A stretch of 64,000 bases of DNA from an uncultured cyanobacterium (GCA_963744145.1 CAVUSO010000001.1:7008001-7072000), one strand, 5' to 3'; positions 38,881-50,774 are shown, counted from the first letter of the stretch. Program-made: numbers and translations. The notes: generated by a model not told the origin, from the sequence alone.

Positions 38881-41800
38881 ATGAAATATTTTTTAAAGAT
38901 TATTAACGGATGCTTAACCATTGTTCCCCTAGTTTTAGGATGTGGTAATATTTATTCCGGATTAGCACAATCCATTATCCCTACTAGCAACTCCACAAAC
39001 ACCTTAGTTACACAGGTAGGTAATAAATACAATATTAATGGCGGTACTCTTTCGGGCGATCGCACTAATTTATTCCATAGTTTTGAACAGTTCGGACTTT
39101 CCGCAGGTGAAACAGCTAATTTTATTTCTAATCCAGGAATTCGCAATATTTTAGGAAGAGTTACGGGAGGAAATCCTTCCTTAATTAACGGATTAATTCA
39201 AGTTACGGGAGGAAATTCTAACTTATTTTTAATGAATCCTGCGGGAATAGTATTTGGAACTAATGCAAGTTTAAATGTGCCCGCATCTTTTACTGCAACC
39301 ACCGCAACAGGAATAGGTTTTAGCAATAATCAATGGTTTAATGCGATCGCAAATAATAATTATAGTAACTTGCTCGGTTCCCCCTCTCAATTTGCTTTTG
39401 ACCTAACCAAATCAGGAAATATTATTAATGCAGGAAATTTAACCGTCCCAAATGGAGAAAATCTTACCTTACTGGGTGGAAATGTCATCAATACAGGTCA
39501 ATTAAAAGCCCCAGCAGGAAATATTACCATTACTGCTGTACCTAATCAGAATATCGTGACAATTTCTGCACCAGGAAATATCCTGAGCTTAGAAATTACT
39601 CCACCCCGAAATCAGAATGGGCAAATATTACCGATTAACCCGGTTGATTTACCAACTTTATTAACAGGAAATAATCCTCTTCCCGGATTGAGTGTTAATG
39701 GAACAGGTAAGGTGCAACTAAATCCATCGGGAATAATTTTACCAAATGAAACTGGATTAGCGATCGCTTCGGGAAATATCAATACATCAGCGCCGAATCT
39801 GGGTGGAAATATTAACATTCTGGGTAATAAAGTGGGATTATTTAATGCCAATTTAGATGGATCAGGAACTAACCAGGGTGGAACAATTAGAATTGGTGGA
39901 GACTATCAAGGAGGGGGAACCTTACCCCATGCTCAACAAACTCTCATTACTTCCGATGTCAACATTAATGCTAATGCTACAGAAACCGGAAATGGTGGAA
40001 AAGTAATCATTTGGTCGGATAACTTAACTCGATATTATGGGAATATCACCGCTCGTGGTGGTATGAACAGTGGGGATGGGGGATTTGTTGAAGCTTCTGG
40101 AAAAGATTTACTAATTTTTACAGGAAAAGTAGATGCAGGAGCAACATTAGGTAAACCTGGAACCTTACTTCTAGATCCAAAGAATATCACTATTACTAAT
40201 GCTAGTTCACCCTTAGCAACTTTCTTAAACCCTAACCCTGTCACCAATGGTAGTTTCGGAAATTCAGTAGCTGGATCTGGTAGCAATCTCCTAGTTGGAG
40301 CACCTGAGAACACATCAGGAGGATTTCCACTGACAGGACAAGCATTTTTGTTTAACACCAATGGTGGATTACTACAAATTTTCAATAATCCTAACCCGTT
40401 AGGAGGTGGTAATTTTGGTAATTCAGTTGCTTTTGCTGGAAGTAACCTGTTGATTGGAGCACCTGGTAACACATCGAGTGGAGTTTCAGGAGCAGGACAA
40501 GCATTCTTGTTTAATACTGGTGGGAGTTTATTGCAAACTTTAAACAACCCCAATCCTGTAGCATCTGGTAACTTTGGCAATTCTGTCGCTGCTTCTAGTA
40601 GTAATCTACTGATTGGAGCATATAAGAACACATCTGGGGGATTTTTACAAGCAGGACAAGCTTTTTTATTTAATAGTAATGGGGGATTACTCCAAACCTT
40701 CAACAATCCTAATCCTTCAGGAGGTGGTAATTTTGGTAACTCTGTCGCTCTATCTAGTAACAACTTACTCATTGGAGCACCCAATAACCAATCGGGAGGA
40801 GTCTCACAAGCAGGACAAGCTTTTTTATTTAACACTAGCGGTACATTATTACAAACCTTAGAAAACCCCAATTCATCCCCGATTGGTCAATTTGGTTGGT
40901 CGGTTGCTTTTACTGGTAGTAACCTACTGATTGGAGCACCTGGTAATTCATCAGGAGGATTTGCAGGAGCAGGACAAGCATTTTTATTTAATTCTCAGGT
41001 CGAATTACAGCAAACTTTTAATAATCCTAACCCTGTAGCTAATGGTAACTTCGGTATTTCGATAGCTCCATCTAACAACAATGTGTTGGTCGGAGCATCA
41101 GGTAATACATCGGGAATATTTACCAAAGCAGGGCAAACTTTTTTATTTGATAGTAGTGGTAATATCCTCCAAACCTTTAACTCTCCTAATCCTCAAAATA
41201 ATGGTTATTTTGGGATTTCAGTTACTCCTGTAGACAATAATTTATTAGTAGGAGCTGCTGGTGAAATATCAGCTATTGTTCCTGGTGCTGGTAAAAGTTA
41301 TTTAATTGCACCTACTTATGCTAGTGCATTATCTTTTAATGACAATCCTAGTCTTTCTCTTAATCTTGATCCTCTAAATATTACCAGCGTTACTAATACA
41401 GGTACTAATGTGGTTCTCCAAGCTAATAATGATATTACTGTTCAGCAACCAGTTATAACTAATGCTGGGGGAAATGGTGGGACTCTGACATTACAAGCAG
41501 GACGTAGCATTATCGTTAATGCTAATATTACTACTGATAACGGGAATTTAACTTTAGTTGCTAATGAAACTGCTGCTAATGGAGTACAAAGTCAATATAT
41601 TGATCCAGGTTTTTCTAATATTATGGTTGCACCCGGAGTAACTTTAAATTCTGGTATAGGTGATACCACAATTCGGATTAATACTGGTGCAACTAGCGGT
41701 AGTGGTGGTGATATTAATCTGCAAAATATTATCGCTAAAAATCTGGTAGTTGAAAATTTAGGTTTTAGTAATAGCAAAATTATCTTAAATACTCCACTTA

Positions 41801-44800
41801 ATCTGACTGGAAATGTTACTTTAAATGCTAATGGTAGTGTCACCACTCAAGCAATTACTACTTCAGGAAATTCCCTGACAATTAACAGCAACTTAGGTCA
41901 AATTAATACGACAGCAGGAGTTCTAGATACTAGCTCTAATAGTCAAGGTGGTGATATTAGTTTATCAGCTCTACATGATGGAATTATTACCAATGATTTG
42001 AATAGCAATTCTCTTGGTAGTGGTCATGGTGGTAATATTACCATCAGTAGTGGGGATGCGATTAATATTACAGGTGGTAAACTTAATACCAGTTCCCTGA
42101 GTGGAAAAGCTGGAGATGTTCTCCTAACTGCGACTAGTAATATCTCAACTAATGATATTAATACTACTACTAATGGTAGTGGTGCTGCTGGAAATATTAC
42201 TATCAATAGTACAGGTGGAGCAATTACTAATATTACTGGTGCTTTTAAAGCTAATGCTGATTCAGCCAAAGGTGGTAATATTACTTTAAATGCTAGTAGC
42301 GATATTCAGATTAATCAAAATATTAATACCAGTTCTAACGGAAATGGAAATGGTGGTGATATTACCTTAACTAGCACGAAGGGATCAGTCAATATAAATT
42401 CGCTGATCGCAACTTCAGCTTTGGCAAATTCTGGGAATTTAACTCTTAGTGCAGCCAATAATATTAATGCTTCATTTATTTCCGCAACAGTCAATCGAGG
42501 TAATGGAGGTAATATTAATTTTAACACCACTAATGGTGCAATTAATCTTAATTTTATTAGTGTCGATTCTAATCTGGGTAAAGGGGGGACGATTCTGCTC
42601 CAAGCAGGTGGGAATATTAATACAGGAGACCTGAATTCTCATAGTAATACGGGTCAAGGAGGAAATACAACTATCATCAGTAAAAACAGCATGGTGAATG
42701 TTGGTAATATTAGTGCAAATGGAGGTGCAAGTGGTGGGAATATTAATTTACAAGCAAGCACCCAAATTACGGGAAAACAAATAGATACCAGTAGTAGTAG
42801 TGGTGCAGGAGGAAATGTAAAGATTGACCCAAGTGGAGATGTGCAAGTGAGTAATATTAATACTGCTGGTAGCACAACTGGAGGTAATGTAAATGTAACA
42901 GCGGGTCATTTTTTACGAGTAAATGTGCCGATCGCGACAAGTAATTGTGGAACCTTTAGTATTTGCACAGTTGGAAATACTCAAGGAGGAAGTATTTTGC
43001 TGACCCATGGAGGTGATGGTATCACACCTTTTATAGTGGGAAATACCAGTCAAAATGGGACGGTAAGTACAATTTATAAGGGAAACAGCACGGGAGAAAA
43101 AATTAGTAATGGTTCTTTTTTAGTTAGTCAATCGCAAGATAATGGAAACTTAGAAATCATTACTAATTCTCCCAGTAATTCTCCCCCAGCAATTGCTCCC
43201 GTAATTCCCCCAATAACTCCTCCCATAACTCCTCCTATAACTCCCCCAATAACTCCTCCTATAACTCCCCCAATAACTCCTCCCATAACTCCCCCAATAA
43301 CTCCTCCCGTAATTCCTGTAATCAATCCGATCGTAACTCCCGCAAATACTTCTTCAGTGACTACTCCTATCAATTCCCCAGGGAATTCTTCAATAAATTT
43401 ATTGAATTTTGAGAATGTAGGACAAGTATTTAACCAGAATTTTTCCCACTTAGAAAAAACTACTCAATTAGCCATTAATGAATCTACATTTCAAACTGAA
43501 GTGATTCTTCCTTCCTTTATTCGTGCTGAAGCTGAAAAACAACTGGATCAGGGGCAAATCTCGGAAGCAACTGCTTCGATTGATCGTCTTTATAGTGAAG
43601 ATGTAAATAATTATATTGGCGATCGCGCTAATAATAGTTCTACCTCAATTACCCAAATTCAGAACCGATTACAGAAAATAGAACAAGCAACCGGAACAAC
43701 ACCAATCATCATTTATTTATTAACTCGTCCAGCGCAATTAGATTTAATTTTAGTACCAGTCAAAGGTAGCCCAATTTTTCATAGCGTCAGTGATGCTTCA
43801 GCCCAGAAACTTTTAAAAACTGTTGAAACATTACGCAATGAAATTTCATCACCTTCTCAACGCCAATTCACCACTTACCTAAATTCTGCTCAACAACTTT
43901 ATCAATGGATAATTGCACCAATCAAAGCCGATTTAGATAGATTAAAGATTAATACTCTAGTCTTCTCAATGGATCAAGGACTACGTTCTTTACCGATCGC
44001 CGCATTACATGACGGTCAACACTTTTTAGTCGAAAATTATAGTATCGGAATAGTGCCGAGTATTAGTTTAACCGATTCTAACTATGAATCCCTCAAAAAC
44101 TCATCAGTATTAGCAATGGGGGGAAGTAAATTTAGTCATCAAAACCCTCTTCCTGCTGTGCCGATTGAACTATCAACCATTGTCAAAAATGCAGACTTAA
44201 TCCCTCAAACTCCTATTTCCCCTACACCTAACTCAGAAAATCTCAAAAACGGACTTTGGAATGGGAAAGCTTTTCTCAATGAAACCTTTACCTTGGCAAA
44301 TTTAAAAGAACAACATTTAGCGAAAAAATATGGAATTATTCACCTCGCTACTCATGGAGAATTTAAGTCAGGAGAAGCGGGTAATTCTTACATTCAACTT
44401 TCTGATACTCAATTACACTTAAATCAGGTACGTCAACTGGGATGGAATGATCCTCCAGTCAATTTATTAGTGTTGAGTGCTTGTCGAACTGCATTAGGTG
44501 ACGAAGAAGTAGAATTAGGTTTTGCGGGATTAGCAGTCCAAACAGGAGTCAAGTCAGCTTTAGCAAGTTTATGGTATGTCAGCGACGAGGGTACATTAGG
44601 ACTAATGAGTGAATTTTACTGGCAACTTCAACAAAAAAATGTTACCATCAAAGCTGAAGCTCTACGACAAGCCCAAATCGCCATGATTAAAGGACAAGTG
44701 CGAGTCCAAGATGGTAAACTAATCTTACCGATCGGTACTATCTCCTTACCACCAGAATTAGCCAAAACCCAGAATATCAAATTACAACATCCCTATTATT

Positions 44801-44835
44801 GGTCTGCTTTTACACTGATCGGTAGTCCTTGGTAA
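38881..44835 (+). CDS. TPS/haemagglutinin + FG-GAP-like repeats + Pro-rich linker + CHAT fusion protein
   Basis: NLFHSF, NPAG, LLLDP; ~7 FGNSVA..LLIGAP repeats; PPIT repeats; HLATHG, LSACRTA, HPYYWSAFTLIGSPW. Confidence 0.9.
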   Translation: MKYFLKIINGCLTIVPLVLGCGNIYSGLAQSIIPTSNSTNTLVTQVGNKYNINGGTLSGDRTNLFHSFEQFGLSAGETANFISNPGIRNILGRVTGGNPSLINGLIQVTGGNSNLFLMNPAGIVFGTNASLNVPASFTATTATGIGFSNNQWFNAIANNNYSNLLGSPSQFAFDLTKSGNIINAGNLTVPNGENLTLLGGNVINTGQLKAPAGNITITAVPNQNIVTISAPGNILSLEITPPRNQNGQILPINPVDLPTLLTGNNPLPGLSVNGTGKVQLNPSGIILPNETGLAIASGNINTSAPNLGGNINILGNKVGLFNANLDGSGTNQGGTIRIGGDYQGGGTLPHAQQTLITSDVNINANATETGNGGKVIIWSDNLTRYYGNITARGGMNSGDGGFVEASGKDLLIFTGKVDAGATLGKPGTLLLDPKNITITNASSPLATFLNPNPVTNGSFGNSVAGSGSNLLVGAPENTSGGFPLTGQAFLFNTNGGLLQIFNNPNPLGGGNFGNSVAFAGSNLLIGAPGNTSSGVSGAGQAFLFNTGGSLLQTLNNPNPVASGNFGNSVAASSSNLLIGAYKNTSGGFLQAGQAFLFNSNGGLLQTFNNPNPSGGGNFGNSVALSSNNLLIGAPNNQSGGVSQAGQAFLFNTSGTLLQTLENPNSSPIGQFGWSVAFTGSNLLIGAPGNSSGGFAGAGQAFLFNSQVELQQTFNNPNPVANGNFGISIAPSNNNVLVGASGNTSGIFTKAGQTFLFDSSGNILQTFNSPNPQNNGYFGISVTPVDNNLLVGAAGEISAIVPGAGKSYLIAPTYASALSFNDNPSLSLNLDPLNITSVTNTGTNVVLQANNDITVQQPVITNAGGNGGTLTLQAGRSIIVNANITTDNGNLTLVANETAANGVQSQYIDPGFSNIMVAPGVTLNSGIGDTTIRINTGATSGSGGDINLQNIIAKNLVVENLGFSNSKIILNTPLNLTGNVTLNANGSVTTQAITTSGNSLTINSNLGQINTTAGVLDTSSNSQGGDISLSALHDGIITNDLNSNSLGSGHGGNITISSGDAINITGGKLNTSSLSGKAGDVLLTATSNISTNDINTTTNGSGAAGNITINSTGGAITNITGAFKANADSAKGGNITLNASSDIQINQNINTSSNGNGNGGDITLTSTKGSVNINSLIATSALANSGNLTLSAANNINASFISATVNRGNGGNINFNTTNGAINLNFISVDSNLGKGGTILLQAGGNINTGDLNSHSNTGQGGNTTIISKNSMVNVGNISANGGASGGNINLQASTQITGKQIDTSSSSGAGGNVKIDPSGDVQVSNINTAGSTTGGNVNVTAGHFLRVNVPIATSNCGTFSICTVGNTQGGSILLTHGGDGITPFIVGNTSQNGTVSTIYKGNSTGEKISNGSFLVSQSQDNGNLEIITNSPSNSPPAIAPVIPPITPPITPPITPPITPPITPPITPPITPPITPPVIPVINPIVTPANTSSVTTPINSPGNSSINLLNFENVGQVFNQNFSHLEKTTQLAINESTFQTEVILPSFIRAEAEKQLDQGQISEATASIDRLYSEDVNNYIGDRANNSSTSITQIQNRLQKIEQATGTTPIIIYLLTRPAQLDLILVPVKGSPIFHSVSDASAQKLLKTVETLRNEISSPSQRQFTTYLNSAQQLYQWIIAPIKADLDRLKINTLVFSMDQGLRSLPIAALHDGQHFLVENYSIGIVPSISLTDSNYESLKNSSVLAMGGSKFSHQNPLPAVPIELSTIVKNADLIPQTPISPTPNSENLKNGLWNGKAFLNETFTLANLKEQHLAKKYGIIHLATHGEFKSGEAGNSYIQLSDTQLHLNQVRQLGWNDPPVNLLVLSACRTALGDEEVELGFAGLAVQTGVKSALASLWYVSDEGTLGLMSEFYWQLQQKNVTIKAEALRQAQIAMIKGQVRVQDGKLILPIGTISLPPELAKTQNIKLQHPYYWSAFTLIGSPW
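43195..43320 (+). repeat. 12-bp coding tandem repeat (PPIT)n
   Basis: CCyCCnATAACT repeated ~8 times. Confidence 0.9.
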
Positions 44836-44847
44836 AAAATTAGTCAT

Positions 44848-47800
44848 CTAGGGTTCGCTGAATAAATGTTTATACCGCTTGTCCTGACTACTTGGGCAAT
44901 TGCTATAACTAATCGGTAAAGATAGAATAAACTCAGTACCTACCCCTAACTCCGAATTAACTTTAATTGTTCCTTGATGTTTTTTCTCAATAATTTCATG
45001 AGCGATCGCTAAACCCAAACCCGTTCCCTTTCCTACAGATTTAGTGGTAAACAAGTGATTAAATATTTGACTTTTTACTTCTTCAGTCATCCCTTTGCCG
45101 TTATCAGATATTCTAATCTCAACAGCTTTTTTTGCTGTGATTACACTGGTTTGAATTGTGATTTTTTGCCTTGTAGTTTGTAAATCAGCCCAAGAAGATA
45201 ATTGGGCAACTTCATCAAACATATCGATCGCATTAGCCATGATATTCATAAACACCTGGTTCAATTGTCCAGCATAGCAGTTTACTTGAGGTAAATCGCC
45301 ATAGTGTTTAATTACTTGAATTTCGGGGCGATTCTCCGTAGCTTTGAGACGATGTTTGAGAATCATTATGGTACTATCAATCCCATCGTGGATATTGCAA
45401 GCAACCGGATGGTTCACATCCGCACGGGAGAAAGTTCTTAAGCTTGTGCTGATATCTTTAATTCGGTTCACTCCTTCCCGCATTGAGCTAACTAATTTGG
45501 GTAAATCTTCTCGAATATACTCAAGATCAATGGTTGCTATTTCTGCTTCAACTTCTGGATGTAATTGCGGATATTTTTCTTGGACTAGATCGAGCAATCC
45601 CAACAGATCATTGATGTAATCTAGAGCGGGTTGAATATTGCCACCGAGGAAACCAATCGGGTTATTTATTTCATGCGCGACCCCCGCGACTAGATTTCCT
45701 AATGTGGACATTTTTTCGCTTTGAATAATAGTCAGTTGCGCTTGTTGGAGATCGGTTAAAGCTTGTTGTGCTTTTTGATATAAACGCGCATTTTCTAAGG
45801 AAATGGCAGCTTGAGCGCAAATTAAATTCAGGACTTCAATGCGATCGCTAGTAAACGCTCCCATAGTTACATTATTTTCTAGATATAAAACCCCGAGCAA
45901 CTGTCCCTGATTCAGAATTGGGCTGCAAAGGATACTTTTTGGCTGGTATTTTTGGATGTAACGATCACCAGCAAACTGAGAATTTATCCCGACATCTGCT
46001 AATACTAAAGGTTCTAGAGTTCGCTTGACAGTATTCACCAAACTAATTGCCACATCCTGGCTCAATTCTAGGGAAATTGATGGTAAAATTTGTGGTGATT
46101 CTCCTGCTGATCCCAATGCGACTATTTTTAAATCTAGATCTTGTTTCATCAGCAAGACACATTTACTTGCTCCCGCATTGGCAATAACTATTTCTATAAG
46201 AGTAGTTAAAAGTTTATTTAGTTCAATTCTTCCAGAAATCGTTTGAGATGCTTTGAGCAGAGTTGCTAAATCTATTGCTTCAGAGACACTGCTAGAAATG
46301 TGAGTACCAGAGATTGTTCCTTGTCCCAATGTTTCCTTGCAGAAGTTAGTAAGGCGAGGTGGTTGTAGAATGGGCGCGAGGAGTTGAGGATAACGTTTTT
46401 CTAAATCAATAACTTTTGCTTTGGCTCCCCATCGACTGTAAGCATAATAAGCATCAAGCGCATGAATTTGGGCAAATTTTTCTTTCCCCCATTCTAAGTA
46501 AAACTTCATTGCCAATTCATTAGCTAGTGCTTCTTCGTTGAAAAATTTATTTTCTTTAGCAAGAAAGATGGCATGATCGTAATGTTCGAGTGCTTCGATT
46601 TTATGCCCTAAAACCCGTTGCCGTTCTGCTTCAACTAAATGCCATTTGTGTAGATGATTCATGGGAGCATTTTGCGCCCACTGTTTCAAAGTAGTTTGAT
46701 CAGTTTCCCCTAAGTCAGCTTGTTCCTGCTCTGTAGATAAAAGTGCTAAATGCGTCAGGGCTGTATAGAAATAGAAAATTGGAATAAAAATCATGGCTGA
46801 TACTGACATCAAATACTGTTTAGCTTGGGTGCTATAGTCTAGAGCAGCCTTGTAATTGCCAAAAATGTAGGCGAGGATAAGTTTGTAGATATAAGCAAAA
46901 GCAATCAAGGTAAAATCGTTATTCTGAAGTTGCTGAGGAATTATTACTGTTTCATCGTAGGTATCACCAATTAAGGAATCTGGCAGAATACGAGTTTCTC
47001 TCAAATTCTGCACTACCTGTTGTGTCAGATTCAAATAAGCCTGGGAAGAATATTGTTTTGTCTGGACTAAAACAGCCCTATAACCTATTATTTCCGGTTC
47101 CCAAGTATCCAGTTCTACCCCGCCTAAAAGGTTCGCATTGAAGTAAGTACAAATAGAGTAGCTACTGTTGAGAAAATCGCCAGTTTCCATCCCAGTTGTA
47201 TAGCCATCTTTCAGCGTCAGCATCATTGCTCTCAGAGATTCCTGATGGTGCTGAATAAAACAGCCAAACAGAAATATAACTGTAGACTTGTATTCTCGCA
47301 CATGATTAAATCGGTCAAGTAAATTCAGTGCCAATCGCCCAAAGTTATAGCCTGTTTTGACATCTCCCAAAAAAGCACACAATACTATACTGTGAATTGC
47401 ATACCCCACCGTTGATGCGGGTGCATTCCCAAACTGGAGCGATAAACTCACCATTGTCGCGCTGAGGATAGGTGTTAATCCCGGCATTCCCTGCATAATA
47501 GGTGTAAATAACATTCCTAATAGTTGCATGGTTGCCTGAGTCTGGCGATCGCTCATTACAGGTAGATCGATTAGTTCCTCAATCCCTCTGTCGTTTTGCA
47601 GTTTAGCTAAAGTCTGAAATGCTTTGCTAATTTTACCTTCGTCAGGTACAGCAGGGAGTTCAATCCCTAATAGTGCTAGAGCATCTCTTCCCACGGCGAT
47701 CGCTTCTAACATCTGGCTCTTGGCTGTCAGTGATGCGATTAAAGTTTCGTAAATTTTTATTTTGTCTAAAATCGTCTTAGCTCTTTCTAACACCAGTGTA

Positions 47801-50277
47801 GCCATCTCTTCCATCTGGTCAAGATCAGCATTCAAATAAGCGGTTTCGGTAGCAGCCACATAGAGATTTAATGTCAATTCATACTGATTTTGCCAGCAGT
47901 CTGCTGTCAATAGGTCAATTCCTATTTGCAAATAAATTCTGGCTGCTGTATATGCTGTAGAATTTCTGGCTTTCTGTCCAGCTTTTAAATTGAGTTTGGC
48001 TAAGGCTTCCCGTTCCTGCGGTGCGGTGATTAGCTCTTGTCCTTGGTTAAAATGTCTGACAATATCAAACAGTTTTTCCTCTTGCTCTACTAAGGAGGAA
48101 CTGTGCAGTAGTAATTGGCCAATTTTCAGGTGAGTTGCTTGTTTTTGGTCATCGGGAATCAATGAATAGGCAGCTTGTTGGACGCGATCGTGCAAAAATC
48201 GATAAGTCGGATTGGCTGAGGTTTGCCAAACCTCTTTACTATCTGATTGGGTAAAAAACTTATAGATTCTGGTGATGGGAATTACCAAGCCTTCTTGCAA
48301 TGCTTTCCATAAAGTTGTAGCTGTTATGCTCACAGACTGCTCGCTAACAATTACTAAAGTATTGAAATCAAATTCGGCTCCAATACAAGCTGCTAATTTG
48401 AGCATATCCTGAGTCTGAGTCGGCAATTTCTGCAATTGCAGCGCCATGAACTCCACCACATCATCGGTGAGTACCAATGCTTTAACTTTGGCAATATCGC
48501 ACTGCCAATGCTGCATATCCCAATCAAAACTAATTAATTTATCATCATGTAAGGATTTGAGAAACTGGGTTGCAAAGAAAGGATTTCCTTGGGTTTTTTG
48601 ATAAACCAATTGTGTTAAAGGTTTGGCTAGGGATAATTCACAATTGAGAGTATCTGCTACCAGTGAATTCAGATCTAATTCCCTTAACGGTGGCAAGGTA
48701 ATTGTATTTACTGTTGCCCCAGTTTTGACTAGCTCATCTACAGTTAAAATAAATGGATGCACTGGTGAGACTTCATGATCGCGATAAGCTCCTAATACTA
48801 ATAAATATCCCGTATCTTGCAGCAGCAATTTTAATAAATTTAGAGAAGCGGAATCTGCCCACTGCAAGTCATCCAAAAATATCACTAAGGGATGTTCTTG
48901 GCTGGTGAAAACTTGCAGAAACTTTTGAAATAGCAAATTAAACCGATTTTGGACAGCATTGCCTGATAGTTCTGTAGCTGGTGACTGTTTGCCAATAATA
49001 TGTTCTAACTCAGGAATTACGTCAATCAAGACTTGTCCACTATCCCCAACAGCTTCGATAATTTGAGTTTTCCAGGTTTGCAATTGGTCATCTGATTCAG
49101 ATAGTAATTGTGCCATTAAGTCGCGGAAAGCTTGCACGAAGGCACTGAAGGGAATATTCCGTTGAAATTGGTCATATTTGCCTTTGATGAAATACCCCCG
49201 TTGTCGCACAATGGGTTTATGGACTTCATTGACAACAGCGGTTTTTCCAATCCCAGAAAATCCCGCTACTAGCATGATTTCTGTTTTACCTGTGCTGACT
49301 CTCTCAAAGGCAGTTAATAGTTGATTGATTTCGGTTTCTCTACCATAGAGTTTTTCCGGGATAATGAAGCGATCGCTAATATCCCGCTCTCCTAGTTTAA
49401 AGCTTTCTAATTTACCTGTTGTTTGTAATTGCGTTAAACAAATCTCTAGATCGTGCTTGAGTCCTAACGCAGTTTGATAGCGGTTTTCCGCATTCTTTGC
49501 CATTAGTTTGCTAACTATTTCTGACAAAACTAGAGGAATTTCTGAATTGATTTGATGAATGAGAATTGGATGTTTAGCCAAATGACAATGGACTAATTCC
49601 ATTGCATCTGCTGCTTCAAATGGTAATTTCCCGATCAATAACTGATAGAATGTCACTCCCAGGGAATAAAAGTCGCTCCGATAATCTATCCCTCGATTCA
49701 TTCTGCCTGTTTGTTCAGGAGAAATATAGGCTAATGTGCCTTCTAAGACATTGGGATTTTGGATTTCTTGGGTTTCTCGCGGCAGGAGGGAAGAAATACT
49801 AAAGTCAATTAATTTGACTTGTTTTGTATCTGGATTAATTAGAATATTAGCAGGTTTGATATCTTTGTGAATCACCTGGTTTTGGTACAGATAATGGAGA
49901 ATATCTGCCAATTGAATTGCTATGTTCAGAAATTCTCCTAAAGGCAAATATTTATTGATTTGGTTGATATTTATATCTAAATTACTAGAGGCTGATAAAG
50001 AGACTCCGCCAAAGTCTTCCATAATTAAAGCGTAGCTATTGCGATATACTTCTAGGACTAGACACTGAATGATACTAGGAATATTAAGATTTTTGGCGAT
50101 AGTATATTGGTTACGAAACTGGAGAAGTTCGTTAAAGTTAGGATATTCGTTCCGCAACAATTTTATTACCACAGCTAGTTGGTCTTTGGTCCGAATCCCG
50201 CGATAGACGACCGTGCGTGTGCCTGAGTAGATTTCCTCGATAATTTGATAATTTGGTAAATTAGGGATAAAATTCAT
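44848..50277 (-). CDS. Ser/Thr kinase-AAA ATPase-GAF-histidine kinase
   Basis: [47 protein letters not shown]. Confidence 0.95.
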   Translation of the reverse strand: MNFIPNLPNYQIIEEIYSGTRTVVYRGIRTKDQLAVVIKLLRNEYPNFNELLQFRNQYTIAKNLNIPSIIQCLVLEVYRNSYALIMEDFGGVSLSASSNLDININQINKYLPLGEFLNIAIQLADILHYLYQNQVIHKDIKPANILINPDTKQVKLIDFSISSLLPRETQEIQNPNVLEGTLAYISPEQTGRMNRGIDYRSDFYSLGVTFYQLLIGKLPFEAADAMELVHCHLAKHPILIHQINSEIPLVLSEIVSKLMAKNAENRYQTALGLKHDLEICLTQLQTTGKLESFKLGERDISDRFIIPEKLYGRETEINQLLTAFERVSTGKTEIMLVAGFSGIGKTAVVNEVHKPIVRQRGYFIKGKYDQFQRNIPFSAFVQAFRDLMAQLLSESDDQLQTWKTQIIEAVGDSGQVLIDVIPELEHIIGKQSPATELSGNAVQNRFNLLFQKFLQVFTSQEHPLVIFLDDLQWADSASLNLLKLLLQDTGYLLVLGAYRDHEVSPVHPFILTVDELVKTGATVNTITLPPLRELDLNSLVADTLNCELSLAKPLTQLVYQKTQGNPFFATQFLKSLHDDKLISFDWDMQHWQCDIAKVKALVLTDDVVEFMALQLQKLPTQTQDMLKLAACIGAEFDFNTLVIVSEQSVSITATTLWKALQEGLVIPITRIYKFFTQSDSKEVWQTSANPTYRFLHDRVQQAAYSLIPDDQKQATHLKIGQLLLHSSSLVEQEEKLFDIVRHFNQGQELITAPQEREALAKLNLKAGQKARNSTAYTAARIYLQIGIDLLTADCWQNQYELTLNLYVAATETAYLNADLDQMEEMATLVLERAKTILDKIKIYETLIASLTAKSQMLEAIAVGRDALALLGIELPAVPDEGKISKAFQTLAKLQNDRGIEELIDLPVMSDRQTQATMQLLGMLFTPIMQGMPGLTPILSATMVSLSLQFGNAPASTVGYAIHSIVLCAFLGDVKTGYNFGRLALNLLDRFNHVREYKSTVIFLFGCFIQHHQESLRAMMLTLKDGYTTGMETGDFLNSSYSICTYFNANLLGGVELDTWEPEIIGYRAVLVQTKQYSSQAYLNLTQQVVQNLRETRILPDSLIGDTYDETVIIPQQLQNNDFTLIAFAYIYKLILAYIFGNYKAALDYSTQAKQYLMSVSAMIFIPIFYFYTALTHLALLSTEQEQADLGETDQTTLKQWAQNAPMNHLHKWHLVEAERQRVLGHKIEALEHYDHAIFLAKENKFFNEEALANELAMKFYLEWGKEKFAQIHALDAYYAYSRWGAKAKVIDLEKRYPQLLAPILQPPRLTNFCKETLGQGTISGTHISSSVSEAIDLATLLKASQTISGRIELNKLLTTLIEIVIANAGASKCVLLMKQDLDLKIVALGSAGESPQILPSISLELSQDVAISLVNTVKRTLEPLVLADVGINSQFAGDRYIQKYQPKSILCSPILNQGQLLGVLYLENNVTMGAFTSDRIEVLNLICAQAAISLENARLYQKAQQALTDLQQAQLTIIQSEKMSTLGNLVAGVAHEINNPIGFLGGNIQPALDYINDLLGLLDLVQEKYPQLHPEVEAEIATIDLEYIREDLPKLVSSMREGVNRIKDISTSLRTFSRADVNHPVACNIHDGIDSTIMILKHRLKATENRPEIQVIKHYGDLPQVNCYAGQLNQVFMNIMANAIDMFDEVAQLSSWADLQTTRQKITIQTSVITAKKAVEIRISDNGKGMTEEVKSQIFNHLFTTKSVGKGTGLGLAIAHEIIEKKHQGTIKVNSELGVGTEFILSLPISYSNCPSSQDKRYKHLFSEP

Positions 50278-50774
50278 AAGGTCAAGATTTTGATATTTCC
50301 CCTTTTATTTTGATTCATAACATAGTTCATGTCAATAATTTAATTGGCAGGAAGATCGCTAATCCTATTCCTACAGATTTAGTAGTAAACAAAAAAGAAA
50401 ATTTCTATTCCCAAAAAAATAATTCAATCTTGTATCATTAATTACAGAAAACTGGCAAATCATTGGTAATATTTTTGATTTTTTGGTAAAAATTCTCATA
50501 TCCCTCTACTATTCCCAAGTGATATATAATATTTTTAACTTGTATTCCTTCTGAAGTAACCATTTTTGAATAAATTTTTTAAATTTTGGCGGTTTTTTTA
50601 AATAATCTCATTTTTTGTCCCTCGATTATTTAAGTAATCATAATTATTTATAGCATTGGCCTTTATGTAACTTATATACTACAGATTGAAGTACAAAAGG
50701 TGGATATTTGGATTTAATGAGATGTCCTGATAGAATCAGCAATATTTGCTTTAGATGAAAATTCATTGTTATCA

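Noticed and set aside
40035..40871. 278-aa antisense ORF and other antisense ORFs within TPS, kinase and urt genes
   Set aside because: Shadow frames of repetitive Gly/Asn-rich or well-supported coding sequence
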